Positions 41,086-52,561 of a DNA stretch of 64,000 nucleotides are shown piece after piece (position 1 is the first letter of the stretch; each line of letters starts with the position of its first letter). A program made the position numbers and the translations under genes. The notes beneath the pieces are model-generated. The model had not been told where the DNA came from and did not search any database. It saw only the letters and a program-made list of their open reading frames with translations. Origin of the DNA: Marsupella aquatica. Lineage: Eukaryota > Plantae > Marchantiophyta. The stretch is taken from NCBI GenBank assembly GCA_973895155.1, contig OZ316893.1, forward strand, positions 8,332,963 through 8,396,962. Direction: 5' to 3'.

Positions 41086-41889
41086 GACAACTATGGGTTG
41101 GGAAAACCCTCCCATGCAGTTCCGCGATGTTCTTATTGGGTTGGTCAGACTCACAGTCCATCTATCCAGTAAATTGTCTGGGAAAACTCGCTTTCCCTAC
41201 CCTAAAGAATTACCTGATTGAAGAGTACCTCAAGCACTTTTGTACAAATCTATAGAGCTTAGTTTCGGTGCACTCTCCTTATTTGATAGTCTAATTTATG
41301 AGGACCTTTGCAATAGATATATAATCATACGATCTGGGGACGATCTGGAACTTCAATGGCCCCGTAGCTGGCTCTTAAATGCAGATAGGATTCTATGCGT
41401 GAATCAGATTTATTGATCTGATCTCCCAGAGGGTGCCCCAAGCGTAATAATTATATGGCGTCCCACCCCCTGCCACATTGGCATTGTAAGGAGGCATTGT
41501 ATGATTCAAGCAAGGAATTTTGATACTGAGGAGAGCGCTGATAGTGAGTCACTAGTGGGTTTTTTTTTTCATTTTTGCCTACTTTCATAATTTAGTGCAT
41601 TTTTAAGATTCCAGATGGCTAGCGAGGTGGGCATCCCATCCACATGGTAGGCCATAAAGTTAGTGTCAACTTAGAGTCTTCATTTTAGAAGCATAGGTCC
41701 CACCTCTAGTCTTCATTCTAGAAGCATAGGCCCCACCTCTAACTCTGGTTGGGCCCCAACTCTAGCTTGTGGTACTCTAGCTTGTGGTTGATGCTTTAGT
41801 AGTACTATGTCTTATTTAATTTTTTAATCTGATTCATTTTTGACAATTAGATCTCCCTAGACGTAACAATAAACACAGGATTGTGGGTA

Positions 41890-42088
41890 GTGGGATCTGT
41901 GGCTGGGCAGAAAATTGGCTAATGGAATATTAGATATTTAGCCATGTTTTTGCCAAAGTTGCTAAGACTTGTGAGTAAGGTCTAGCCAATTTAAATTGGC
42001 TAATGGAATATTAGATGTTTAGCCATGTTTTTGCCAAAGTTGCTAAGACTTGTGAGTAAGGTCTAGCCAATTTTTGCCACAGATCTAC
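41890..42088. mobile_element. Possible MITE with an internal ~81-bp tandem duplication
   Basis: gatctgtggc...gccacagatc inverted ends with TA on both flanks; interior aaattggctaatggaatattag...gtctagccaattt x2. Confidence 0.45.
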
Positions 42089-43381
42089 TATGTGGGGATG
42101 ACCAGGTTCATGCAGAAAATAAATAATTATTAAGATTCAGCTCCCAACCAGAAAGAGAGAACAAATTTAAGGGTAGCTTTTGTGAGACCTGGGAAAAACT
42201 TCTAACTCAGATTTTTGGAATATTAAGCATTGATGTAAACACAGATTTATTCCAGTGTAAATAACTGTTTCAGTTAGAAAATAATCTTGAACTCCAGTTT
42301 TTGGCATTTGGGTTGCAATCTGGAAACAAAAGCATTTAAGTTTTGATCAGCAGCAGCCCTGCGCAACCTGATCATCCTTAGGGTATATATATCACGGTCT
42401 GCAACCAGCTTGATTTATGGACAGTGACACACTAAACATTTTTCTGAATTTTAAGGATACATATTCTTAATGGACCCCCAAAATGAAAAGATTTACTTGA
42501 TGGACCTCATGAGTGATCCATACCCTTGATAAACCTTAAATCAACTGTCCTAAAATCTCATAGGGCCTCATAGGGTCCATTAAATAACACTTCTCAATTA
42601 AGAGGTCCATCTAGTACCTCTCGAATTTTAAGCTGCATCAAAAAAAAAAATCCCCAGACAAAAATTGACCAAAACAAAGTTTCACAATTAAACCTGTTTA
42701 GTAACTCAATTTGAATGTTTGGTCTAGGGCTGCGACTTCTCTGTTCCCTTTCAGGTCTCCAGGTCTGTGATGATCTCTCCACCATAGCCACGAGGAGCAG
42801 CTGGAGCAGTGAGGATTAGCAGTCCGAGCCAATCAATGAGTACTCAGCAGCGAGGAGTAGCAGAAAGATCACCTCAACACGTCACGTACAAGTCTCGGAT
42901 TTAATGCACATCAACAACACAGGCAAGATCTATTTCTGCCCCAAGTTTTGTTCCACTTCTCCCAAGCCATCAATGCAGAAGCTTTTGTAGTCCAACTGGA
43001 CTCGTGCTGTGGGATATAGGGAGAGGAGTAGCAGCTCAGCAGCGTGGAGTGGCATTCCCATTAATGTAGACTCTAGGCGCGCTATTTGGCTCTTTGGTCT
43101 TCTTGGGATATCTCCGTTGTTTTCTTCTTTTTATTTGGTGTCCTCTCGTTTTCCCCCTTTATTCTATGTTCCTCCCCCCCCCCCCCCACACAAATTCATA
43201 CTAATACACTCTTCACCATCATACCTCGATCCAACTGGTTTTCTTCTATGAAATCGTGGACTAGACTAGCAGAGTCCAGTAAAGGAAAGGATCCACAATA
43301 AATTAAAAAGGAAGCATTGGAGAGTTCTCCTTATATAGCGCCGGACAAGAAGTTGACAAGAAGTTACATACGAAGCACACA

Positions 43382-43580
43382 TGACAGACCCGGAAGCAGA
43401 GTAGGAAACAGACAGTTTTTGTTTATCGGTCTGCCTATGGCATTGTGTCTCACGCTTTAGCGCCTTTTGACTGGGCATTGACAGACCCGGAAGCAGTGTA
43501 GGAAACAGACAGAGTTTTTGTTTATCGGTCTTCTGCCTATGGCATTGTGCCTCACGCTTTAGCGCCTTTCGATTGGGCAT
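43382..43580. repeat. ~97-bp tandem duplication
   Basis: tgacagacccggaagcag.gtaggaaacagacag...ctcacgctttagcgccttt.ga.tgggcat x2. Confidence 0.9.
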
Positions 43581-44386
43581 ATATTGTGAAATATAAAACA
43601 GACATAGATACTTAGATTCTTCTTCGTTTCACCGAACCAGCATCCGACATTAAGGCATGATGTACTTTTTCATCGACCATCTTGACCGTCTTTATGTTGC
43701 ACTGACAATTGTGGGTTTGCGTCTGCCTCACATGCTCATCTATCTCACCACGGTATTACCTACTGCAGAGTGGGACATTCCCTCGGCAGATTCCTTCCGT
43801 CCCAGACCAAGTGTTCGTTCAATCTCATTCTAAATTTCTCGGATTTTCATCAGTTCAAAGCTGCACTGATCTTAAACGGACAATTACCACTTTGTAACGT
43901 TCTTTCGAACACTCCCAGATCAAGTTTGAGTTCAACATCAATCTTACAGTTTCTTCATTTCAAATTTTCAATCGTCTACAATCGATCAGACGGAGTAACC
44001 CCTCAACCAAATGAATCCGAATCGAAGGATTGATGCACAGAACAACTTACTCCGCCCCTATGTTACATTCATTCATTCAATCAGTCATTTAGCCAGTATC
44101 TGCAATAGACCATTCCGCATCGCTTCCCAATCCCAACAACTACTACTTCGGATTTAGTCACAGAAGTCTCTCAGGTTTGCAACAATGTCTAAGATTATTG
44201 CAGTCATGGGAGCCACTGGTATCCAAGGTGGATCCGTAGTCAATAGCTTCCTCAACCAAGGTGAGTACAAGGTCAGAGGCATCACCAGGAATGTCCACAT
44301 TGACAAAGCCAAAGCTCTTGAGCAGTGCTAAAGGGGTCGAGATGGTCAGAGATGGTCAGAGCAGATTTGGATGACCAGACGTCCCT

Positions 44387-45913
44387 ATCACCCTATTCAT
44401 TAAAAGTGTATTTTATTTTGTTTACTTTTAGGCTTCCAAATGTACACTTTTAAACCCCAAAAGATATACTATAGTACAATACTCTACACCTAAATAGTCA
44501 ATTGTAAACTTTAGGGGAAAAAAATGATCTTTACTAGAAGGAGTCTCATTCTAGTTCATTTATAAAAGATGAACATGGTGGTATGTCTGATGGCCATCAT
44601 TTTTATTTCTTGCCCAAATGTACACTTTTTCCTTGGAATCGTAGCCATTTTATAAATTTTAGTCCCCCTGCGAAAAGCCCCACGGGGAGGGCGCACAAAC
44701 AGAACATATTCCCGAGAGACAACCCAGACAAAACAGAGGACCAAACCACAAAAGATTCATTCTCTTCCTAATTCGGCCATTATGGACATTGCAACGATCT
44801 GTGGCCGTCTGGGAATGAGATCGATTGGTGATGGTTGGTCGGCGAAGGAAGGATGTTGGAAGGACCTCCCACTTAGATGGAGCAATATGCGTGGCTTCTC
44901 TGCGGAGCATCGATTGCTTGCACGGAAGTTCTTGGAAAGTATATGGAGCGCTTCACACTGCCAGTCAGAGTACTTCCTGTATGTCAAACAGTGGAGGTGG
45001 ACAGATAGACCTGAACCATTGAAGGATTTCAGAATTGAGAATTGCAGAGTGTATGACTTCCTGAGGCCCAAGACCTCAAATCACGAACGTCTGAATAGGA
45101 TCTGGTCTCTTACCCAAGAGGAGAGAGGTTGGAATGAGAGCTGGTACAGACTGTGGAGATCGGATTTACCAACTAGAGGCAAGACCTTTATTTGGAGGAT
45201 CATAGTGGGGGGCTTGTTCACTGGGGCCCGTGCGCTTCGATTAGAGGTGAGCAACGGTGACTGTAAGTTGTGCAACGGATGGCTGGAAACCATCCCTCAC
45301 CTTTTTTTCCATTGTGCACATGTTGTCTGCTGCTGGCGTATCTGTTTGACCTCTTTGAGTGCGTTGGATATGCCAATTGAACAAGGGCTGATGGCCCTTT
45401 TAGATGCTGCCTGTGGGAGTGGCGCAACTTTTTGTCTTGCACCAGATTCTCTGGAGGCTCTGGATTGGGAGAAACACTCACATGTTTCAGACGGGGGGGA
45501 GACGGGTGTTTGACTTGGGACTTGTCCTGTCGGAGGCAATGGAGAACTTATTTGCTGCTGGTCGGCATTGCCCCCCAGGGAGGAAGTGCACGCGCCTGCT
45601 ACGGGCCAAATCATGTATTGATGGGCTTCGCAAGAGCTGGCTTGGCGGTGGGGGGACCAGTTTCACTTCCGTTGGTTGACTCTGATTTTGCTGTGAGGTT
45701 GGAACATTGAGACCGTTGAATGTAGATGGTTCTGGGGAATGGATGCCCTCTAGATGGTTATTAGGTTGTGTGGTCGTCCTCTTTTGCTGTTAGGTGTCGC
45801 CGGGGAGATTATTTCCCTGCCAAATGTACACTTTTTGAAAGCCAAATGTACACTTTTTATTGCCCAAATGTTCACAAATTGAATAATAATTCACTTTTAA
45901 TGAATAGATTGAT
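44387..45913. mobile_element. TIR DNA element inserted in NmrA-like copy A
   Basis: Ends atcaccctattcattaaaagtg / cacttttaatgaatagattgat (20/22 inverted match); ccct duplicated on both sides, single in intact copy B; internal repeats ccaaatgtacactttt. Confidence 0.85.
44782..45810 (+). mobile_element. LINE (non-LTR retrotransposon) ORF2 3' fragment with zf-RVT zinc-binding domain
   Basis: ORF 44782-45513: WYRLWRSDLPTRGKTFIWRI..GGLFTG..A....CKLC....ETIPHLFFHC..V..CW, the plant L1-type zf-RVT motif; decays into frameshifted and 3' UTR sequence. Confidence 0.85.
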
Positions 45914-47110
45914 CCCTCATCAAAGCGTTTGAAGGCGTCACCACAATCTTTGCATTGACGGACTTCTTCGACACCTTTCGCAATGACGGTGTGGATGCCC
46001 ATGCCACCATGGACAAGGAATACCAGCAAGGCGTCAGACTGGCCAACGCAGCCCTGCATACGCCAACACTGAAGCACTACGTCTGGAGCACATTCCCCAA
46101 CTCAGGGAAGGTCTCGGGTGGCAAATTTGTTGTCCCACAATTCGACGGGAAAGCTAAGGTCAATGAATTCATTAAATTGAAGCCTGAGCTTCTTGCCAAA
46201 ATGACCTTCCTGTGGGTCACCGCCTACGCAAGCAACTTCTTCGCTCTGGCCTTGAGACCACACCACCTCAAGTCGATCAGCACCTACATTTTTATCCAAC
46301 CCGTCGCACCATCGACGCCCATAGTACTTGCGGGTGATGTTATAGTCAACGTCGGCGTCATCGTGAAAGCCATCGTCTCCAATCCATCGAGGACATTGGA
46401 CGGCAAGTACGTCATCCTTAAAGTGGGGACCATTTTGAATGGGGACATCTATAGCTCTGGGGCAAGGTCACGGGCAAAAAGGTCCACTACCTGCAAGTTT
46501 CCTTCGAGGAGTATGACAAGTTGTTCCCAAAATATGGCGCATTGGTAGGCGTCAATATGCAGTACCACGAGTATGCCGGGGAGAAGGCTTGGTTTGGTGA
46601 CGAGGAGCTGGTCACACCTGCTGATTTAGGTGTGCAGCCCGGAGAGTTGGTCACCGAAGAGAGGGCTTTTGAGATGACAGATTGGAGTGCTCTTTATTAA
46701 CAACGTCAGCGGGCAACTGAGTGACTTGATGTTACTCAGCCAGTATGGTAGTTTAAGGCAATCTTTGCGCGATTGAATGGGAGCGCTTTTGATTGAATTG
46801 AAACGTCAAGCGATTGAGGAGTTGAACATTTGTCATTGTTGGTAAATTTCCTCAGACAGTAGACTACCAATTTAGTGCAAGCTTCGAGCAATTGAATACC
46901 AAATTATTCTCAGCTTGCAAGTTCAGTGTAGTTGCGTTCAGGAGATTGCAATTGAGGCTGCGATGAGTTGGCGGTCCAGTGCCAAGATAGGGGATAGGGA
47001 TGGTCACAATATGAGATTGGTAAGCACTCCGGATGGACAGTGTGCATGTCACTGCTCGGATGTTGAAACAGTGACAAGATTCCAGATTCATGCTCAAAGC
47101 ACTCCCTTGC

Positions 47111-47662
47111 CCGTCAAACTTGCCCCAAAACTCCGACAAAATGACAACCCGGCACCCGAGTTTGGGAGCAGTTTGGGCCAGGACAAGTTCAGGAGAGGTT
47201 CGGGCTGGGTTCAGGCCGGGTCCGGGCTGAGTTCGGGAAAGGTCCGGGCCGGGGTCGGGGGGCGGTTCGGGGGAGCCGGTCCGGGTGTGGGGGGGAGCCG
47301 GGTTCGGGAAAGGTCCGAGAAGTGTCCAGGAGAATCCGAGAATTGTTCGGGGGGGTCCGGGGGGAGGTCGGGAAGGGTCCGGCCCGAGTTTGGGAGAGGT
47401 CCGGGCCAGGGTTGGGGGGAGGCGGAGCTGGTCCGGGGGGTTTGGGGGAGCCGGTCCGGGTTGGGGGGCGGAGCCGGGTTCGGGGGAGCCGGGTTGGGGG
47501 GAGCCAGTTCGGGAGAGGTCCGGGAAGTGTCCGGGGGAGTCCGGGAATTGTCCCGGGGGGTCCGGGGGGAGTTCAGGAAGGGTCCGGGGGGTTCCGGGGA
47601 AGTTCGGGAGAATCTCAACGAATATGTGTCAAACTTCCGGTTTTGGGGCCATCATTTGACGG
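47111..47662. repeat. G-rich degenerate minisatellite bracketed by inverted repeats
   Basis: Repeated gttcggg/gtccggg/ggggagccgg units at about 47185-47610; ccgtcaaacttgccccaaaac (about 47112) is inverted relative to gttttggggccatcatttgacgg (about 47640-47662). Confidence 0.8.
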
Positions 47663-50600
47663 TTTTACGTGCCCAGCAAGGCGTCAAGTTGCCCGTCAGG
47701 TTAAACCGGGCATACAAGGCTCTGCCCATATCCACTCCCTTTCAAAATCAGGGTTGGTGGCTGCTGTAGTTTGTGTACCATTGTTAACTACACTGTCCAC
47801 CTCAATTAGTGTTAGTCACACTAATTGCATGGCCTCAAAGTTTGGAGTGTCACATAAAATAGTGAGTTACATTCATTTTTGTGTCACTCACACTAACTAG
47901 TATGAGTTAGATTAATTTTGGTGTCATTTGAATTGCAGTTCACATGTACTCACACTGAATGTAGTGCTGAAATAGTGTCAGTTAGATTAATTTTGGTGTC
48001 ACTTGAATTGCAGTTCACATGTAGTCACACTGATTGTAGTGCTCTGGTCACAACCAAATGTCAAGGGCAATTGAGGATCACAACGCAGAACAGAGGGCAT
48101 AAAACTGAGTCAGTGGCATTCAATAGGAGACTGACCATGTTTTGGATGGTGATGGGCTTGGCTCTGGGGTTTAGTCTCCAAGGGAGAGCATTAAAGAACC
48201 GAGGAATGTGGGCCTAGATCCCCAAAGCTTGAAGAAGAAGCAGGCTTTCAATATAAAATAAATCTCGTGAACATCAGAGTTTCAAACAAGTGAACATAAA
48301 CACAGTAAACATCAATCTCTATGACCAATTGAATTTAAGCCATTATCAAACTTGCTTTGACAACATCATAATCATGTTGTCTGCCTGTCACTTGAATGTG
48401 GGTAGAGCAAAAAATTGAGGCTCATAGACTGAAAAACAAGAGCAGATTGTGATCTCTACTCCAGTCTGCTCTGCTCACTTCTATCTAAACTCTGCTCTGG
48501 CTCTGCTGGATTGGTGTGTCCTGATAAAAATTGTGTGAGTCCTGATAAAAATAAATTGTACACAAATTAGTGCGAGTCACACTAATTGCGATACACTGTG
48601 TACATAGACTTTTACTACTAAATGTGTGATGCTCATGTGTTTGATGCATCCCCACAGCTTATACAGTCACTAAGTCTAATGAAATTTTACATAATCAAGT
48701 TTTGGTTGATTGGTTGTGTTCTCGATGTACACTTGTCAATTTTACAATCTACACAGGAAAAGCTTTTGGTCTCAATCCTGAACTTCAAGGTGTTCTGAGA
48801 CGTGGGTCTGTCTTTTGACATGTTGCTTTCATTTGTCCACTCCAACTAATCTTTTGGATTGGGACTCAATCTCAAATTGAAACATGACTACCACTGAACC
48901 CCCTGGGCCCCCATTCTTAGGTTATACGAGTCGGACTTGAGAATGATTCAAGGGTCATTTTTATTCATAATTAAGGATCAAGGTAGTTTTTAGAAATCAG
49001 TTACAACTACACAACCTGCATTTATGGTAAACATGACATGTAAGTAATGTGGTGTATTGAATATTTGGTCGGGATTAGATTTATGGAAGGGAGCCCTAAT
49101 ATGTAGTGGGACATTTGTCATCATCTTAGTGAGCCATGTGTCAACATGTAGTTGCTATAGTGCTGCCAAATATGCATGTATAGAAGATATTCATCTTCTT
49201 GTCAAGGTGCAAAATAGATATATATTGATAGATGTTCTTCTTTCTCAAAGAGTACAAAATGCAGCAAATTTGACTCCAAGCATTCTGTTTGATGAGATAT
49301 GTGAATTTTTTCTTTGACTTGAAGAAAAATGTAACTAATGAGGCATAATTATAATCCTTCAAATTGACATTTTATAATTGTCTCAAGGATCATTCTCAAT
49401 CACTTTTGAATGTAACAAGAATATTTTATTGATCAAAAAATAATAACAAGGGGTACTAGGTGGTGTTCGTTCTTAAGGGGTTACAGATATTTTACTAGGA
49501 GTCGGGGCCATAGGCCAATACTTGTCCCTGCTTGGAAATGATAAAGGAGAAACACTCCAGGACACTATGACAACAATTTTTCTCCTTTCATAGCCACTTC
49601 TTGTCATACGATGGGATTTAATAGGAGTTACTTATTAAATCATGTAGAATTGCCCCATTACAATTTCCGTTAATACTTCTCCTATTTTGCTCTCCATTTT
49701 CTCCTCTAGCATCCCTGAACACTCCTTGAATCATTAAAACTTGGCATTGTTGAATTGCCCCGGTCACTCATCAAATTCAAGAATCAGATTCTATTAATAT
49801 CAGACTGGCTTTGATTCAACTCAACTCACCCCATTTGCCTGGTTCGAAATTTGTGAGCTTTAAAGTTAAATCCAACTTGATACAATTCCATTCCATTCTG
49901 GACCACTTGGCTCGACTTAGTTGGTTATTCATTTAAACCATCACTGGCCATATTATAAAATGTGGAGTAATTAAAATGGTGAAATCTTTGTAACCACCTT
50001 TTTGTCTTGGCTAGTGGAGGTCTAAACATTACTGTCCTTTGTCCCAATTTTCAAGTTGGAAATCCATCAACTTTCAACTTTGGTACAAAAAAACTGACTC
50101 GCTCATTTGTTCAACCTCACCGTCCCCTTTCCCCAATTGTCTAAGTGACTGTCTCCAAGATTAAAACCTTATTTTGAGCTGTAGTCACTCCGTTCTCAAT
50201 GCAATGCCTAGGATTTCAAAGTGCCAGACATTGCTTGAAAACTCTAATCCAAACCCTGTTCTCCAACAATTCCAGGATCAAACTTAAACGAGCTACTTTT
50301 GGGTGGTTACAGAATTATGGTTTCATTAGTTGATTAAACACTCATAAATGTTTTACATTTTGGAATAATTATCTTTACTGATTTTTCTGAAATTACAAAC
50401 GTAAATAAAACAGTTACTGATGAAACATTTTCTAGCCTTGTAAACTTCCCCTTATATATAGCCAGTGGTGGTTTAATTGGTTTAATAGACCAGAAATTTT
50501 ATGTGTTGTCTTTTTGGCCTATTGCACCAGTGGGTGCTGTTTTTGCTTGCCTCGGCTTGCTGGTTCCCAGTGGGGTTCATGGGGAATAAAAATTTTAATA

Positions 50601-51280
50601 TTCCATAAATAAATAAAAAGTAAACTAAATACCCATTCTTTGAATATTAATGGGAATGATGACCCAATCACTTTACATTTCCAAATTTTGGTGGGGCCCT
50701 AGAGTCACCATCTAGAGTCTCACAAATGTAGCTTTTGTCTGCTATTTAATAGTAAGATAAACAGACCAGAAGCTACTCTCGAAGCACCACAAGGATCGAC
50801 AATAAACTTTTTATAAGGGGGAACCTTGGGCACTTCTACATACTTACATCAACACGCCAGTGGTGGTTTATTACACAGACCAGAAGCTACACTCGAAGCA
50901 CCCCAAAAGCTACACTCGAAGCACCCCAAGACAGGACACGGAATTAATGATCTCCTGCCTGCATGTGCCTATGGGATCGTGCCCCCACGTTTGGCGCAGA
51001 TAGAGAGTTAGATTCTACTTCGTTTCGCTAACCCAGCGCACAACAGGAATGCATGATGCACTTTCTCTATTTCGTCGATCATCGTTTGGTTGTACTGACA
51101 ACTGTCGATTTGCGTCCGCCTCAGAAGCTCAGCTATCTCACCACGGTATTACCTACAAGCATTCCCTCAACTGATCCCTGGCAGATCAACTGTTTATTTA
51201 ATTTTATACTCAATTCTCAGACTTTCATCAGATCAAAGCTCCAAATCTTAAGGACAGTCCTTCTAGCTGGAAAGCTCTAC

Positions 51281-51288
51281 ATATAAAG
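51281..51288 (+). promoter_or_regulatory. Putative TATA box of NmrA-like copy B
   Basis: atataaag inside the upstream block conserved among the three copies (ctatagaa in copy C, degenerate in copy A). Confidence 0.4.
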
Positions 51289-51589
51289 CACTCCCAGATC
51301 AGGTGTAAGTTCAACATCAATCTTACAGTCTCTTCATTTCAAATTTTCAATCGCCTACTATCATACGGAGTGGTTCTTCAATCAGGTGAATCCGAATCGA
51401 AGGATTGATGTAGAGAACAACTTAACACACGTCTGCGTTACATTCATTCATTCAAACATTCAAACATGCATCCAATCAATCAGTCATTTAGCCGATATCT
51501 GCAATAAACCATTAGTACGCATATCTTACCAATTCCAGCAACTTTAATTTCGGTTTGGCTAGTCACAAGAGTCCCTCAGGTTTGCAACA

Positions 51590-52561
51590 ATGTCTAAGAT
51601 TATCGCAGTCATCGGAGCCACTGGTATCCAAGGTGGATCTGTCGTCAATAGCTTCCTCAAGCAAGGTGAGTACAAGGTCAGAGGCATCACCCGGAATGTC
51701 CACAGTGACAAAGCCAAAGCTCTCAGTGCCAAAGGCGTCGAGATGGTCACAGCAGATCTGGATGACGAGACGTCCCTCATCAAAGCATTTGAGGGCGTCA
51801 CCACAATCTTCGCATTGACGGACTTCTTCGACACCTTTCGCAACGACGATGTGGATGCCTATGCCGCCATGGACAAGGAGTACCAGCAAGGCGTCAGACT
51901 GGCCAACGCAGCCCTGCAGACGCCGACATTGGAGCACTACGTCTGGAGCACGCTCCCCAACTCAGGGAAGTTCTCCGATGGCAAATTCGCCGTCCCGCAC
52001 TTCGACGGAAAAGCTAAGGTAGATGAGTACATCAAATCCAAGCCAGATCTTCTCGCCAAAACGACCTTCCTGTGGATCGCCTTCTACGCGAGCAATTTCT
52101 TCTACCCGCTCATGAGCCCACACCACCTCAAGTCGATCGGCACCTACGTTTGTATCCAACCCGTCGCACCATCGACGCCCATGGTACTTGCCGGTGATGT
52201 TACTGTCAACGTCGGCGTTATCGTGAAAGCCATCGTCTCCGATCCATCGAGAACGTTGGGTGGCAAGTTCGTCATCCTCAAAGTGGGGACCATGTCGAAC
52301 GGGGAACATCTGCAGCTCTGGGGCAAGGTCACGGGCAAAAAGGTCCACTACCTGCAAGTTTCTTTTGAGGAATACGACAAGTTGTTCCCGAAATGGGGCA
52401 AGGAGGCAGGCATCAATATGCAGTACTACGAGTATGCCGGGGAGAAGGCTTGGTCTGGTGATGAGGAACCCCTCACTCCTGCTGATTTAGGCATTCAGCC
52501 CGGAGAGTTGGTCACCCAAGAGAAGGCCTTTGAGACGATAGATTGGACTGCTCTTTATTGA
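51590..52561 (+). CDS. NmrA-like (NMRAL1/HSCARG-type) atypical SDR, NAD(P)-binding Rossmann protein, copy B (intact, 323 aa, intronless CDS)
   Basis: N-terminal IAVIGATGIQGGSV, VRGITRN, GVEMVTADLDD, LEHYVWSTLP, VPHFDGKAKVDEYI; His replaces the classical SDR Tyr, as in NmrA-like proteins. Confidence 0.95.
   Translation: MSKIIAVIGATGIQGGSVVNSFLKQGEYKVRGITRNVHSDKAKALSAKGVEMVTADLDDETSLIKAFEGVTTIFALTDFFDTFRNDDVDAYAAMDKEYQQGVRLANAALQTPTLEHYVWSTLPNSGKFSDGKFAVPHFDGKAKVDEYIKSKPDLLAKTTFLWIAFYASNFFYPLMSPHHLKSIGTYVCIQPVAPSTPMVLAGDVTVNVGVIVKAIVSDPSRTLGGKFVILKVGTMSNGEHLQLWGKVTGKKVHYLQVSFEEYDKLFPKWGKEAGINMQYYEYAGEKAWSGDEEPLTPADLGIQPGELVTQEKAFETIDWTALY

Larger units (their letters stand above)
44185..46700 (+). 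pseudogene. NmrA-like family gene, copy A (disrupted)
   Basis: MSKIIAVMGATGIQGGS from 44185; 4-bp insertion (44319-44322); 10-bp duplication gatggtcaga; 1.5-kb TE at 44387-45913; homology resumes at 45914; 1-nt deletion near 46445; ends at TAA 46700. Colinear with 51590-52561. Confidence 0.92.

Noticed and set aside
46915-47900. Long Gly/Arg/Pro-rich ORFs (284, 192, 135 and 124 aa)
   Set aside because: Open in several frames on both strands because the G-rich repeat lacks stop codons.
51555-52490. Antisense and alternative-frame ORFs over the NmrA-like genes (also 56651-57576)
   Set aside because: Shadows of a GC3-rich coding sequence.
95-52561. Functional nitrogen cluster of glutamine synthetase plus NmrA-like genes
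   Set aside because: The genes are about 38-45 kb apart with unrelated genes between, and the proteins are generic NmrA-like SDRs not shown to be the AreA corepressor. Coincidence is sufficient.
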